From the IMG/VR virus record IMGVR_UViG_3300032053_000004, positions 138,144 to 202,143 of that record: a DNA stretch of 64,000 bases. One strand, given 5' to 3'. A program made the position numbers and the translations under genes. Each line of letters opens with the position of its first letter. Positions within the stretch are counted from its first letter, which is position 1. Shown one piece after another: positions 47,584-58,206 of the stretch. The DNA comes from a virus. Taxonomy: Duplodnaviria > Caudoviricetes. The notes under the pieces were generated by a model. That model saw only the letters and a list, made by a program, of their open reading frames with translations. It was not told where the DNA came from and made no database searches.

Positions 47584-47604
47584 ACGTTACCAAAATCGTA
47601 TGGT
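47584..47604. promoter_or_regulatory. Divergent -10 boxes, each 5-6 nt before a start codon
   Basis: Minus strand TGG-TAACGT-gaatc-GTG (start 47578); plus strand TATGGT-attgat-ATG (start 47611). Confidence 0.4.
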
Positions 47605-47610
47605 ATTGAT

Positions 47611-49785
47611 ATGGCTGGACCTAAATGGAATCCTCCAAGAATCCCTGACCCAAATTATCTTGGTGGAGCTAGACAAGAATCTGAGGGTACTAGTGAATCC
47701 AAGTCATTCTTGGGGGCTGGTCGAATAATCCATGTTGATACCGCAAGCATGGTTTGTTCGGTTGTAGGAGAAACTGGAACTTGGTCTAGAAACGATGTTC
47801 TTCTCCCATCCCCGGCTGGTTCTGGTCCGAGATCATGGGCCGGATCGATCCCAGAACCTGGAACTAGAGTTTTAGTTGGTTGGTCTAAAGTTGGATCTCG
47901 CGGGTTTAAACCTCAAATTGTTCAATTTCTAACTTCTGGGACTTATTTAAGTAGAGATTACGCACCATTTCAATCAGTTTCTCCAGATCAAGCTAGAATA
48001 GCTTTAGATGCTGACCCATCATTAGCTGATGATCCTGCCATAAATCTTAAAGCAATACGTCTTAAATCTCCTAAAGGTTATCCTGGTGATTACGTTGTTT
48101 CTTCGTCTAGCGGAGCGGATTCCGTTATGGATCGCGACGTTTGGTTTACCAATCGGGCTGGGAATGAGATTAGGCTTCGAGATTCAGATCAGTCATATAT
48201 TCTTCAAACAATAAATGAATTCGTTTCAAATTCGGCCGGTTATTACCGAAGAGGTCTCATTAAAAGGAACGCTTTTAATTTTCTTCCGGATATACCTGTT
48301 GATGATAAAGGAAATGTAAAAAAAGATAGTCCAGCATTTACGACAATGCTGAAACTCGGTTTAATTAATAAAGATGGGACTAAGATATTAGCTGATGATC
48401 CAAATAACTTATTTTATCCATATGATGTTCTTTCTGATGGTCAAAGAGCAAGTTTCATAGTTCGTGATGAAAGAAATTTTAGATTTTCTGAAACTAATGA
48501 ATGTTATGTAGAAGATCGAGCTGATATACGCCATACGTCAGATGGTGTTATGTCTGTAACTGCTGAAGGAGACGGAGTACAAATAGAAAGTTTCGCCCCA
48601 TATATTGAAGATGTGAAAGGAACTATTGTTGGAAATGATCCGAAATTTCCAGATGAATATAAACAAGTGCTTACGATGCAGTTGTTTGATGATGCAGAAC
48701 CTGGGTATACGACTGGAATAATCCCGAAATATTCGACTGCTGATACCTTAGAAAAAAATACTGATGATACCGATAGTCGAGCTTTAGCTAGGCTTTTTAC
48801 AATTCAATGCCCAGTAAATTCAAATAAATATACGTTCGGAGTTTCAAAAGAAGGTCGTGTTTTTCTTCATGTCCCAGCTAGCAGTGGAAAAATTTCTCCT
48901 GAAGACAAAGGGAAATCAATTGATTTAAACACTGCTGGGAAAGTTCGAGCTGTTTTAGGGGCAGATCCGGCGGATTCAGTTAGTCTATTTTTTAATATGG
49001 CTGGTGGTATTAAAGGAACCATCGGTCGAATGAATAATGACGGTCAGGGTCAGGCTGATGGTAATTCTATCGACATGACTCTTAAGGGCGGGATATTTTT
49101 AAGATATGAAGGAAATGATAGCAACGGTCTTGCTCGTGGAGCTACTGTTGGCGGATCTTCTTTTGATTCAGTATCAGCTAACGCATTTCAAAATGTAGGT
49201 GGTAGTTCTTCTGAACTTGTTGGTGGAGCGAAAACGGTTGAAGCTACGTCAATAAATGAAAATTGCGGGCCTGGTGGAAGGAGGATGAAATCCTCCGGAG
49301 ATGTTTTCGAGATAGTAGCTGGAAAGACTTCTCGAGCTTACGCTCTTCCTAGAATATCAACTTTTGCACTTAATGATACAAAAGTTGTTATTGCAGGTGC
49401 TGATAGCGAAACTGTTTTAGTTGGGTCCAAATTAAGAACGGTTACTGCCGGGGCTGGAATCGTAGATACTGTTGGAGCTGGAAATTATGTTGGATCTGTG
49501 GGCGCTGGAAGTTATTCAATATCTGTGGGCGCTGGGTCTCTTTCCATTGCTGTTGGGGCTGGTGCTATCAGTTTAGCAACAGCAGCTGGGGCTGCTACAT
49601 TTGCATCGTCGTTGACCACGACAATAGCCGGTGGGGTCGCGACTGTCGTCACGGCTCCATTAGTTACGATAGGGGCAGTTCCAGTCGGAGGAGCCGTCTC
49701 GGGCATTCCAGGCCCTCCTGGACCCCATATTGATTATGTAACAGGCATCCCTATTCGTGGGTCTGCCTTAGTATTGATGGGCTAA
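47611..49785 (+). CDS. Baseplate central spike (gp5/gpV/VgrG C-terminal-like)
   Basis: N-terminal OB-fold (GRIIHVD...CSV...PEPGTRVLVGW); C-terminal beta-helix repeats VGAG/VGAG; tip segment PHIDYVTGIP. Confidence 0.75.
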   Translation: MAGPKWNPPRIPDPNYLGGARQESEGTSESKSFLGAGRIIHVDTASMVCSVVGETGTWSRNDVLLPSPAGSGPRSWAGSIPEPGTRVLVGWSKVGSRGFKPQIVQFLTSGTYLSRDYAPFQSVSPDQARIALDADPSLADDPAINLKAIRLKSPKGYPGDYVVSSSSGADSVMDRDVWFTNRAGNEIRLRDSDQSYILQTINEFVSNSAGYYRRGLIKRNAFNFLPDIPVDDKGNVKKDSPAFTTMLKLGLINKDGTKILADDPNNLFYPYDVLSDGQRASFIVRDERNFRFSETNECYVEDRADIRHTSDGVMSVTAEGDGVQIESFAPYIEDVKGTIVGNDPKFPDEYKQVLTMQLFDDAEPGYTTGIIPKYSTADTLEKNTDDTDSRALARLFTIQCPVNSNKYTFGVSKEGRVFLHVPASSGKISPEDKGKSIDLNTAGKVRAVLGADPADSVSLFFNMAGGIKGTIGRMNNDGQGQADGNSIDMTLKGGIFLRYEGNDSNGLARGATVGGSSFDSVSANAFQNVGGSSSELVGGAKTVEATSINENCGPGGRRMKSSGDVFEIVAGKTSRAYALPRISTFALNDTKVVIAGADSETVLVGSKLRTVTAGAGIVDTVGAGNYVGSVGAGSYSISVGAGSLSIAVGAGAISLATAAGAATFASSLTTTIAGGVATVVTAPLVTIGAVPVGGAVSGIPGPPGPHIDYVTGIPIRGSALVLMG

Positions 49786-49787
49786 TC

Positions 49788-50369
49788 ATGGCTATAAATC
49801 AAGGGACTGCTTTACCAATATTTTTATCTACGCTTACTGCAAATGCATTTTTAGGCATATCTTCTCCACAACTTGCTAGTGGTTTAGCAAATGCCATATC
49901 TACTTACGCTTTAAGCGGCATAATTGCAACATCTGTTGATACCGGGGTTTTCGGGGTCGGGGCTGGGATTGGATTTGGTATTATTTTGCCTTCTTCTACT
50001 TTAGCTGCTGCTTTTATTGGAACTTTTCCTGCTAATTTAATAGCTGGCCCTATGTCCTTACCATTAATAAATGCAATATCTTTAGGACTTATGCAAGTTT
50101 TTGCTATAGCGAATATAATCACTGTTAGCCCAACCGTTGGGATTGGCGCAGGAATAGTTTCCTTAGTCCCGAACCCTGCCATATCCATACCTGCATTTAT
50201 TGGTGGTTTTTCTGCTGCTGGGATTGTTGGGGTTGCTTCTCAAAATCTGGCTCGAGCTGTTGCAATCGGACTTGATTCTGTGCTCACATCGGCTGTCGGA
50301 GCTGTTGTTATAGCCGGATCACCATCCGTGATACCATCGGCTGGAGTGGGAGTTGGGAAAGTTTTTTAG
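49788..50369 (+). CDS. Hydrophobic Gly/Ala-rich spike-associated protein
   Basis: 193 aa, very few charged residues, directly after the spike. Confidence 0.55.
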   Translation: MAINQGTALPIFLSTLTANAFLGISSPQLASGLANAISTYALSGIIATSVDTGVFGVGAGIGFGIILPSSTLAAAFIGTFPANLIAGPMSLPLINAISLGLMQVFAIANIITVSPTVGIGAGIVSLVPNPAISIPAFIGGFSAAGIVGVASQNLARAVAIGLDSVLTSAVGAVVIAGSPSVIPSAGVGVGKVF

Positions 50370-50425
50370 AATCTTTGTGGATTAGAAATAAATTAGTATT
50401 ATTATGGGTACCGTATTGATGAGAT

Positions 50426-53400
50426 ATGACGCTTAATACTACAGGGTTTTTCTTAGAAAATACCAGAGTTTCAACTGGTAACAGCGTTTATACGTTCCCC
50501 CCGACAGTCGGGGTGACTGATTCTACTTCTTTCAATTCATCTACAGGACGGGTTGAATATTTAGTAACTTCTGATAGTTTAAGTTCTAGTACTTATGGTT
50601 TAGAAATTGCCGATCCAGATCTTCGTTTTCTATGGACAAAAAATGAAACTCCAAACAATATAGCCATAAACAGGTTTGATTATGATAACTTTGGGAGAAG
50701 ATGGTCACCTCTTCCCGGATCTTCCCCAACAAATTTAGGGCCTATAGCGAATGGTTTAATTGTTCAAGTTCCGGATTTAATATCAACTGATTCTCCATTT
50801 GATATTTATATCGGTTCTCCAATCAGAGTTGTTACTTTCATCCCTCAAATAGTTGATTCTTTTGGATCCCCACCTATTGGGACTGTTGAAATTAAAAGTA
50901 ACACCGGTGAATTGAATTTCAATTCAATCGATATAGGTCAATATTCAGGTCAGTCTATCTTATACACAAGACAGAGTTTTTTTGATCGTCAAAAGAATAA
51001 AGGAATAATAGGGAGTTTTCCTTCTTCCGCTTTTTTAACTTTCTCCCTTTTTCTCAATCCAAGACCTGGAAGTGGTCAAATACCGAAAATTAGAATTGGA
51101 TATCAAAGTTATTTGAACGGGGTTCAAGTCCCGAGTAAAACTTCTTTCACTTCTCAACTGTCTGGAAATTTTCAGTGGGCTTTAGATACTGGTGAATTAA
51201 ATTTCTCTTTAACTGATATAACTAACAATCTTTCTGAAGTCATATATTATGATGGCGTTTATATTAGTTCTTTCCAATTATTAAGAACTCTTGCTGGAAC
51301 AATATCCGGATCTACTTCTTCCTTTCCTTCTTCTACTTTCAATACTTCAAATTTTGTCAGTCTTGTTGATCCGGTTAAGTATGTGTTGGTAGCAGAAAAA
51401 ACAAATAAACCGAGAATTTATTTTTCCATAATAATTGTTAAAACAACTGTTGGCTTAAGTCCTCCTCCTTCTGGGTCAGTTTATATTGATAGTATAACTG
51501 GCTCCGTTTATTTTAATTCTACCGATATTTCTACATATGATGGATATTCAATTTCATATATAAACACAATCGCTTTGGTTGAAAGAGGAGTTTCAGTACA
51601 GTTTTTTAGGAGTGGTGCTAACTCTACAAAAACTGCACAAGTAAGTGACTTTCAAATTAGATATGAAATCCCTGATCCTCCGGCAACTCAAGGACAGCTA
51701 ATACAAAACGGGATTTTACAAACTCCATTTGTAATGCTCCCGACAATTCCGATTGTAAATAGTAATCTTAAATATGAAGTTGTAGCAGGATCCGGAACAT
51801 TCACTGGAATTTTAAAGGATGGGAAAGATCCGACGAAACTTGGTATCGGTTATTTTCTTGATTTAGACAACAAGCAATTAAATTTTACTCAACGAAAAAA
51901 TATAGTATTTACTCTCCCAAAATCAACATCTATGGTGAAGATTCCGGATTCATCAGTTATAAGTGCCGGGTTGTCGATTGAGAAAAACGATGTATCGATA
52001 ACTCCTGGAGTTGATTTTAGTTTTAATCAAGTTTCCGGTATTTTGGAGTTTACTCAACCCATTGGAATAAATGATCCAAACAACATAAACAACATTGTAG
52101 GTTCTGTAACTCTTTCAAATATTTATATAGCAAGCCAGGACACTTTTTCTGGATCTAATGTTGGAAAGTTTCTTCTTATTGAAAATGGCCCAAATGTTGG
52201 AATCTACACGATTACGAGTTTTGACTCTCCAACAACAATTCGGGTTTCTCCTGATTTCATTTCTTCCGGTGCTACGATAGCAAGTGTTGTTCAATCAGAA
52301 GAAACAATAGCAGACAGATTTTTCATAAATTTTCTTCCTCCTTTCAAAAAATTTAAACTTGAGAGAGCAGAAAATTCTACTAGTTCGTTTGTTACACTAG
52401 AAAATACTGAATACTCAGTTCAACCTGATGCTGGAATTGTCAGTATTTTGACTCCAGCTTTACCTGGAAATGTTTATAGAATAAATTATATCCATTTAGC
52501 TCCAGATTCTCAAGGACTTTCAACAGTTCCAACAGATATTATTGAAATCGGATCGAGTAAGATTCGTCTTGAAAAAGCCACAACAACTGTTGGATCTAGA
52601 ACCATAGCATTTAACCCTGATAATCGACCCATTGATACTACTAGACCAATAGTTGCTTATATTGACGGAGTAACTCAAGAAGAAAACGCCTTTGTTTTTA
52701 CACCCCCGAATAGGATTGATTTAATCGTTCCTATTACTTCTAATACTGAAATTGTTAAAGTTGATTATTATGTGAATGAATGCTTAGGAGGTGAAACGTC
52801 ATTTAATACTTTGTATACTCCGATTGATATAGATAAACCAACGTTTGTTTCAAATTCAAACACAACGACTTTTAACGGAAATCAAACGAATTATTTTTCT
52901 CCAGGTTCTCCTATACGAATAATAAGTACAAGTGAAATAGTTTTAGTACAATCTTCATCTTATGATTCTGTAAACGACGTTACAAATGTTGTTCTCGAAA
53001 AACCGTTATCCAGCAATTTTTTTGGAGAAGGAATACTTCTTAGTGAATCTGTCACGCAATCGTATAGAATAATAGAAACTTCAATCGTTAGTGCTGTTGC
53101 CTTTAATACGAACTTCATTTCCATTAATGAAGATAAATCTGCAGTCTATCAAAACGGAACCATAATCACTCTTGATGATGACCCATATTTAGTAGTTTCT
53201 TCATCTTATGATTCGAACATAAATAGAACTAAAGTTAATTTTGGTTCTTCTGCAATCAGAAATTATATTCTTCCGGTAGTCACAAGAACCGTAAGGCCGG
53301 TTTTTCTTCCGAGTTCTAAATTTAATACACTGAACTTTGCCGATGTTACAAGTTTCCCATTTACACTCATAAAAATGGGTCAAACTCGAAAAATTCTAAT

Positions 53401-55768
53401 TCGTGATGTTGACTATTCAGTTTCTGAAGGTGGAAATATAACTTTAACTACAAAAATCATCTATGGAGACTCACTTCATGCTTTATATGTAGCTCGTGTC
53501 GATCAACCAGCTGGAACAAAGTTTAAGATAAATTATGCACATCAAATAGCTCCAAATGAATCTAATGGAATATCTGGTCAAAAGCTATATGCGAATTATG
53601 ATTTATATGCACCTGATGCTTTCTTCTATCGTATAGAAACATTTCAAACTTTCCTCCCAGAAGTTCAAGAAGATATTAAAAGAGGTACTCAATCAGCTGG
53701 AGTGTCTGGCCCCAATACTTCTGATTCTACGTCTTTGCAAAATAAAGATCAGGGTTCTCCTAGCCCAGGTTATGATGAGACTCATCTTTTTAATTTAGAC
53801 GTTGTTATAATTCGTCTTCTTCAGTATTATAACGATCTTGTAAATCAATATGAGGATATTCTTTCTAATCTGGATGGTCGAGTTGTTGGTGGTAGATACG
53901 GACGTTTTAGATTCGATGGAATCGTAAATAACCCTCCGAGAAATGATTTTTCTGATATAACTAATGACATTGATGATAAGGTCATTCTTTATTACAAAAT
54001 AACAATAAATGACTCTTTTACTTTTGTAAAAACTCCTGTTTATGGGTTCATGTATAACCCGAATTCCATATCTAGAATTTATCCGACAAAACGAATTGTT
54101 ACTGCTGCGTTAAACGCAGTAGCACCGGTAACTCCCATTGGAGAAGCTTTCGGGAGTTTGGATATCACTAATATAACTTCCGCAAGCACGTTTACTTCTT
54201 CAAAAGCCAGATCAACCATAAAGGCTATAAACGTAGTCTCCACTTTTGCTATTCCCGCTGGTCAAATAATTCAAATAGAAAAGAATGGGGACCCTGATAA
54301 TTTAGTTCCCGCTTTTGTTGTCGGACAACAGATAAACGCTTATGATCAAAATGGAAATATTTTAACTAATCCTAGTAATCCGTTATTGATATCAGCAATA
54401 ACGGGTATAGGTCCATTCAATCTAGTTGTAGATAAACCGATTTTTGTTCAAAACGGATCTGTTTTAGCTGATACTTCTGATGCAGCTATATTATCAAATC
54501 ATTTCTATACACCAGGGAGGGATATTGGTGTTGACAACAATAACGGCCAAATAATTAACATAACTATTCAGTTGCCGCCTCCGTTCGACAATTCTCAAGT
54601 CCCAATAGTTGGAAATGAATTAATCGACACAACCATTGTATTCCAAAATATCGATACTGCTCCGAATAGAGTTCCGGCTTTGGATGGTTCAGAACTTGGT
54701 GATGATAAACGAGTTTCCGAACCTATAATGAAAAGAACCTCAGAAAGTGATGATGCTACATATTTTGGTCTTTTAAGACAAGAATCATTCGCTATATCAA
54801 ATATAAAAATTGGTACTCTTCAACCTGATTTAACAACTGTGTTTACTAATATTTTCTTACCTGTAGGGGCAACGTTTCTGTTTACTGAAGGTCCTAACGC
54901 TGGTTTAACAAGAATAGTTATTTCGGTTACCGGTTTGTCGTTTGTTTTAAATTCTTCTTTGGTTACTCCTGATCTAAACCCGAGGAGTTTTGCTTATTCA
55001 ATTTCAAATTTTGGGTATGAAAACATATATCAAATTTTAAGTGAAGAAGTAGGTGTAATAAGAGATAATAACGCTTCTCTTAATATTGTCGGACCCCCGC
55101 CGATTGTTCCGACTATCGGTTCTGTCGCCTCCGAAATTAAGAGTATCCAGTCAATTATTGGAAACTATGGGAGTATCGTAGCTTCTGGAACTGGTACGGC
55201 GGCTCCAGGAACTTTTACTGACATAGGACAGAATTTCGGCTTGTTGATAGGAAACTCGATTGCTCTACTATATATAGACAGTGGTCCAAATGAAGGATTG
55301 TATAGTGTCGCGTCTGCTACCGGATCAGTAATAATTATTGATACATCTAATCCGTTTGTTGACTTTCCTTCTTCTGGTTCCACTCCTTATTCTCTCATAT
55401 TAACATGGTCGTTTTTGATTCCTGACCAATATGGGGTAGTATCTGAATTTTATAGAAAGACTCTTCAGTTTTTGAATGACACGTTAATTTGGTCTGCAAA
55501 TGTGGCTGTTTTAAATGCACCAAATCGTTTATCACAGATCAGTAATAGACTTAACGATATCAATAATTTCATACAAAGTATAGGTAGTGTTCTTGGAGAT
55601 AGTGGGACGCTTTACGAAACAAGGTATTTATGGATATTACAGAGAACGGACAAGAAGATAGGGACCTTAATAAGGAAATCTCAAGCGGAGAAACTAAGAA
55701 TAGAGAAAATTCTGAATCTGATAGCGAGTCAAAAGATGTTATTGATAACTCAGAACCTGAGCGCGTAG
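50426..55768 (+). CDS. Large baseplate/virion structural protein (1780 aa)
   Basis: Beta-rich repeated modules (e.g. GVDFSFN..SG.LEF, RDVDYSVSEGG.I); baseplate context. Confidence 0.7.
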   Translation: MTLNTTGFFLENTRVSTGNSVYTFPPTVGVTDSTSFNSSTGRVEYLVTSDSLSSSTYGLEIADPDLRFLWTKNETPNNIAINRFDYDNFGRRWSPLPGSSPTNLGPIANGLIVQVPDLISTDSPFDIYIGSPIRVVTFIPQIVDSFGSPPIGTVEIKSNTGELNFNSIDIGQYSGQSILYTRQSFFDRQKNKGIIGSFPSSAFLTFSLFLNPRPGSGQIPKIRIGYQSYLNGVQVPSKTSFTSQLSGNFQWALDTGELNFSLTDITNNLSEVIYYDGVYISSFQLLRTLAGTISGSTSSFPSSTFNTSNFVSLVDPVKYVLVAEKTNKPRIYFSIIIVKTTVGLSPPPSGSVYIDSITGSVYFNSTDISTYDGYSISYINTIALVERGVSVQFFRSGANSTKTAQVSDFQIRYEIPDPPATQGQLIQNGILQTPFVMLPTIPIVNSNLKYEVVAGSGTFTGILKDGKDPTKLGIGYFLDLDNKQLNFTQRKNIVFTLPKSTSMVKIPDSSVISAGLSIEKNDVSITPGVDFSFNQVSGILEFTQPIGINDPNNINNIVGSVTLSNIYIASQDTFSGSNVGKFLLIENGPNVGIYTITSFDSPTTIRVSPDFISSGATIASVVQSEETIADRFFINFLPPFKKFKLERAENSTSSFVTLENTEYSVQPDAGIVSILTPALPGNVYRINYIHLAPDSQGLSTVPTDIIEIGSSKIRLEKATTTVGSRTIAFNPDNRPIDTTRPIVAYIDGVTQEENAFVFTPPNRIDLIVPITSNTEIVKVDYYVNECLGGETSFNTLYTPIDIDKPTFVSNSNTTTFNGNQTNYFSPGSPIRIISTSEIVLVQSSSYDSVNDVTNVVLEKPLSSNFFGEGILLSESVTQSYRIIETSIVSAVAFNTNFISINEDKSAVYQNGTIITLDDDPYLVVSSSYDSNINRTKVNFGSSAIRNYILPVVTRTVRPVFLPSSKFNTLNFADVTSFPFTLIKMGQTRKILIRDVDYSVSEGGNITLTTKIIYGDSLHALYVARVDQPAGTKFKINYAHQIAPNESNGISGQKLYANYDLYAPDAFFYRIETFQTFLPEVQEDIKRGTQSAGVSGPNTSDSTSLQNKDQGSPSPGYDETHLFNLDVVIIRLLQYYNDLVNQYEDILSNLDGRVVGGRYGRFRFDGIVNNPPRNDFSDITNDIDDKVILYYKITINDSFTFVKTPVYGFMYNPNSISRIYPTKRIVTAALNAVAPVTPIGEAFGSLDITNITSASTFTSSKARSTIKAINVVSTFAIPAGQIIQIEKNGDPDNLVPAFVVGQQINAYDQNGNILTNPSNPLLISAITGIGPFNLVVDKPIFVQNGSVLADTSDAAILSNHFYTPGRDIGVDNNNGQIINITIQLPPPFDNSQVPIVGNELIDTTIVFQNIDTAPNRVPALDGSELGDDKRVSEPIMKRTSESDDATYFGLLRQESFAISNIKIGTLQPDLTTVFTNIFLPVGATFLFTEGPNAGLTRIVISVTGLSFVLNSSLVTPDLNPRSFAYSISNFGYENIYQILSEEVGVIRDNNASLNIVGPPPIVPTIGSVASEIKSIQSIIGNYGSIVASGTGTAAPGTFTDIGQNFGLLIGNSIALLYIDSGPNEGLYSVASATGSVIIIDTSNPFVDFPSSGSTPYSLILTWSFLIPDQYGVVSEFYRKTLQFLNDTLIWSANVAVLNAPNRLSQISNRLNDINNFIQSIGSVLGDSGTLYETRYLWILQRTDKKIGTLIRKSQAEKLRIEKILNLIASQKMLLITQNLSA

Positions 55769-55919
55769 GGCCTACTTGGGAACATGGCAGAAATTTAAGT
55801 AACGAGAACTTAAGATCAGCTCTTGAAAATCTTAAAGATATTGTGGGAGCTGCTTTATCCAAAGAACAAGAGAAACTTGATACTTATCTAAAAATAAGTA
55901 ACAACTACGGTAAAAAGTA

Positions 55920-58115
55920 ATGGCTGCGTGGAATTCAATCACTTTAAAGTTCGATCCTTTTGAGGACTTAAAACCTCCTCTTAAATCCATATTATCCGCG
56001 TTAGAAGCCGTAGAAGCCGTACTTGAAGCTCTTTTGGCTCTCATACAGCCATTCTTACTTGATTTATTGAATCCGATTAAAGCCCTCATTCAATTACTTT
56101 TAGCGGCCATACGAGCAATCATAAATCAAATAAGATCTTCAGGCTTTTCTTTTTTGCTTGTTCATCCAGATTTTTCTCTTTCTGATTTTTCCGCTGTCAT
56201 TTATTCAGTAAATGGAGCCTATCCTAAATTTGAAAATAAAGTAATAGGGAAATTTTTTGATACAAGTGATATATTTCGTCCTCAATATCCGCCCGGTTCT
56301 TCTGTTGCTATGCTTGTTTTTTATATTGGAGCAGATTCACCTGGCGATTTACTCGGCCAGCTTTTAGCTCTGATTGCGTTCATAAATGGTCCTTCTCCAA
56401 TCCCGGGTCTTCCAGCTCCTGTAAATCTTAAAGTTTCTCCTGTTACTAAAGGAGGGGATTCTATAGCTCAATTCAAGAATTTGTTTGATTCAGAGTTAAG
56501 TAAATCTCTTTCTGTTGAATGGTCTATGCCGACAGGAGCTTCTGCTCGAAATGCTCCCGGTTTTATAAATCAAATCATGTCAGTTTATGATAGTTTTGTT
56601 TTTCCAAATTTCATTGTTGAAAGAAGCCAAAAACCAGGTGGAGTTCCTGTAACTAAAAAAGTTAACACTGAGTCTATAGGTAAAGCTATAGACAATAGAC
56701 AAGCCGCTCTTTTTGGCATACAAGTTAATAATCAAACATCTGTTAAAGAATCATCTGGGACTTTATATAAACATTTTTCAAAACGAATCCCCGTGTCCGG
56801 GTCTGATTTAGTTCGTGGTGGATTGACTGGAACTTACAAATTCCTAGATGATGGAGAAGATTTAGTTCCAGGAGAAACTTGGTATTATAGGGTTCGTGCC
56901 TATTTTGGTACTCCTACTGAATACTTGAACCCGAGCAACGATTTTCCTCAAGTTATAGCTGAAAATACTAGTTTAATAAAACAAGACAGATCTCAGTGGA
57001 TCATAAATTATGGCAGTGGCGTTACCATGGGTCGTCCCAGTGGTGTCGTAAAAGCATTTGTTCCATTGGATGCTGATACTGATGATGCCAAGTTTAATGT
57101 TTATGAAGCAGCTCAAAATTCGATCATGGCCGGTATCCTTTTAAATTTTGACTTTCCGGTAGCTAATGCGTTAGATACTAAAGAAAGAATAAATCAAAAA
57201 ACAGGATGGGGAACGTTATCTCGTCTTTCTGCTCAGTTAGCGTCATTTAAATCCGGATCTGTAACAGATATTCCAGTCATAGGTCCTGTTCTGGAAACTG
57301 GTTCTAATTCTACTGAGTTGAAAAATAATTTTCTCGTTAAGGCAGCAATTAGGAGAGTAGCCAATTCTACTTTAACGGAAATTTATTCAAAACCTGAATT
57401 AAAACATATTTTGAGAATTAAATATAATGAAGGCGCCCATAATATCATATCAAAGGTTTTGAACGCTAAACTTACTTGGAGTTTCATAGGAATATTTTCT
57501 GGAATAAATAGTGATTCTAATGAAGAAATAAATAGTTATTTGTCGAAAGAAGAGTCTTATCCGTCTGGAATAAACGCTTCCACACCTTTGATGGTCGCCG
57601 GGCCTTCCCCTCTTTCAGCCTTCAGCGTAGATGATAGGAAAATTCTGGCTGAATTTATAAATACGCTTTTGATTCCAATTGGAGATATCGGGTATTTATC
57701 CTGGTATTCTGTAACTGTTGGTGATTTATTTCCTTCATTTGTACCTTATATTTTTGATTTTGAAAATTGGATAAAGGGTCTTTTAAAAGCTGTGGAGGGG
57801 GCTTTAAAAGAACTTAAAGATGTGATTCAAGCTATTCTTCAAAGAATAAGAATTCTTGAACAAGCAATTAAAACTATTTTAGCGATAATTGATCTTTTAA
57901 ATATTAGCGTTCGAGTTAGTGTTTTAACTACTTCTTCAACAAACGGTAGCGCTGCTTCTTTAGTTCAGGAGTTACAATCTTCAACAGATAAACCGGCCGC
58001 TTCCCCATTTGGTTTACACTCTGGAATGGTTTTAACAGCCGGGGGTCCAGGTCAGGGTTTTGTTGCCGCAATCAATGCCATAAAATTCATAGTTGGACTT
58101 CCCTTTTCTGGTTAA
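55920..58115 (+). CDS. Baseplate-region protein with amphipathic N- and C-terminal helices and an FN3-like core
   Basis: LPAPVNLKV...SVEWSMP...LVPGETWYYRVRAY (FN3-like); Leu/Ile-rich helical ends. Confidence 0.6.
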   Translation: MAAWNSITLKFDPFEDLKPPLKSILSALEAVEAVLEALLALIQPFLLDLLNPIKALIQLLLAAIRAIINQIRSSGFSFLLVHPDFSLSDFSAVIYSVNGAYPKFENKVIGKFFDTSDIFRPQYPPGSSVAMLVFYIGADSPGDLLGQLLALIAFINGPSPIPGLPAPVNLKVSPVTKGGDSIAQFKNLFDSELSKSLSVEWSMPTGASARNAPGFINQIMSVYDSFVFPNFIVERSQKPGGVPVTKKVNTESIGKAIDNRQAALFGIQVNNQTSVKESSGTLYKHFSKRIPVSGSDLVRGGLTGTYKFLDDGEDLVPGETWYYRVRAYFGTPTEYLNPSNDFPQVIAENTSLIKQDRSQWIINYGSGVTMGRPSGVVKAFVPLDADTDDAKFNVYEAAQNSIMAGILLNFDFPVANALDTKERINQKTGWGTLSRLSAQLASFKSGSVTDIPVIGPVLETGSNSTELKNNFLVKAAIRRVANSTLTEIYSKPELKHILRIKYNEGAHNIISKVLNAKLTWSFIGIFSGINSDSNEEINSYLSKEESYPSGINASTPLMVAGPSPLSAFSVDDRKILAEFINTLLIPIGDIGYLSWYSVTVGDLFPSFVPYIFDFENWIKGLLKAVEGALKELKDVIQAILQRIRILEQAIKTILAIIDLLNISVRVSVLTTSSTNGSAASLVQELQSSTDKPAASPFGLHSGMVLTAGGPGQGFVAAINAIKFIVGLPFSG

Positions 58116-58206
58116 AACAATCCAAATATGTGTTGGAACTGTAATTATTCAAAGTTTTTGGGTAGAGGCTTTTGCATCCACCCAAGAAAGGACAAGGTGG
58201 CCTAAT

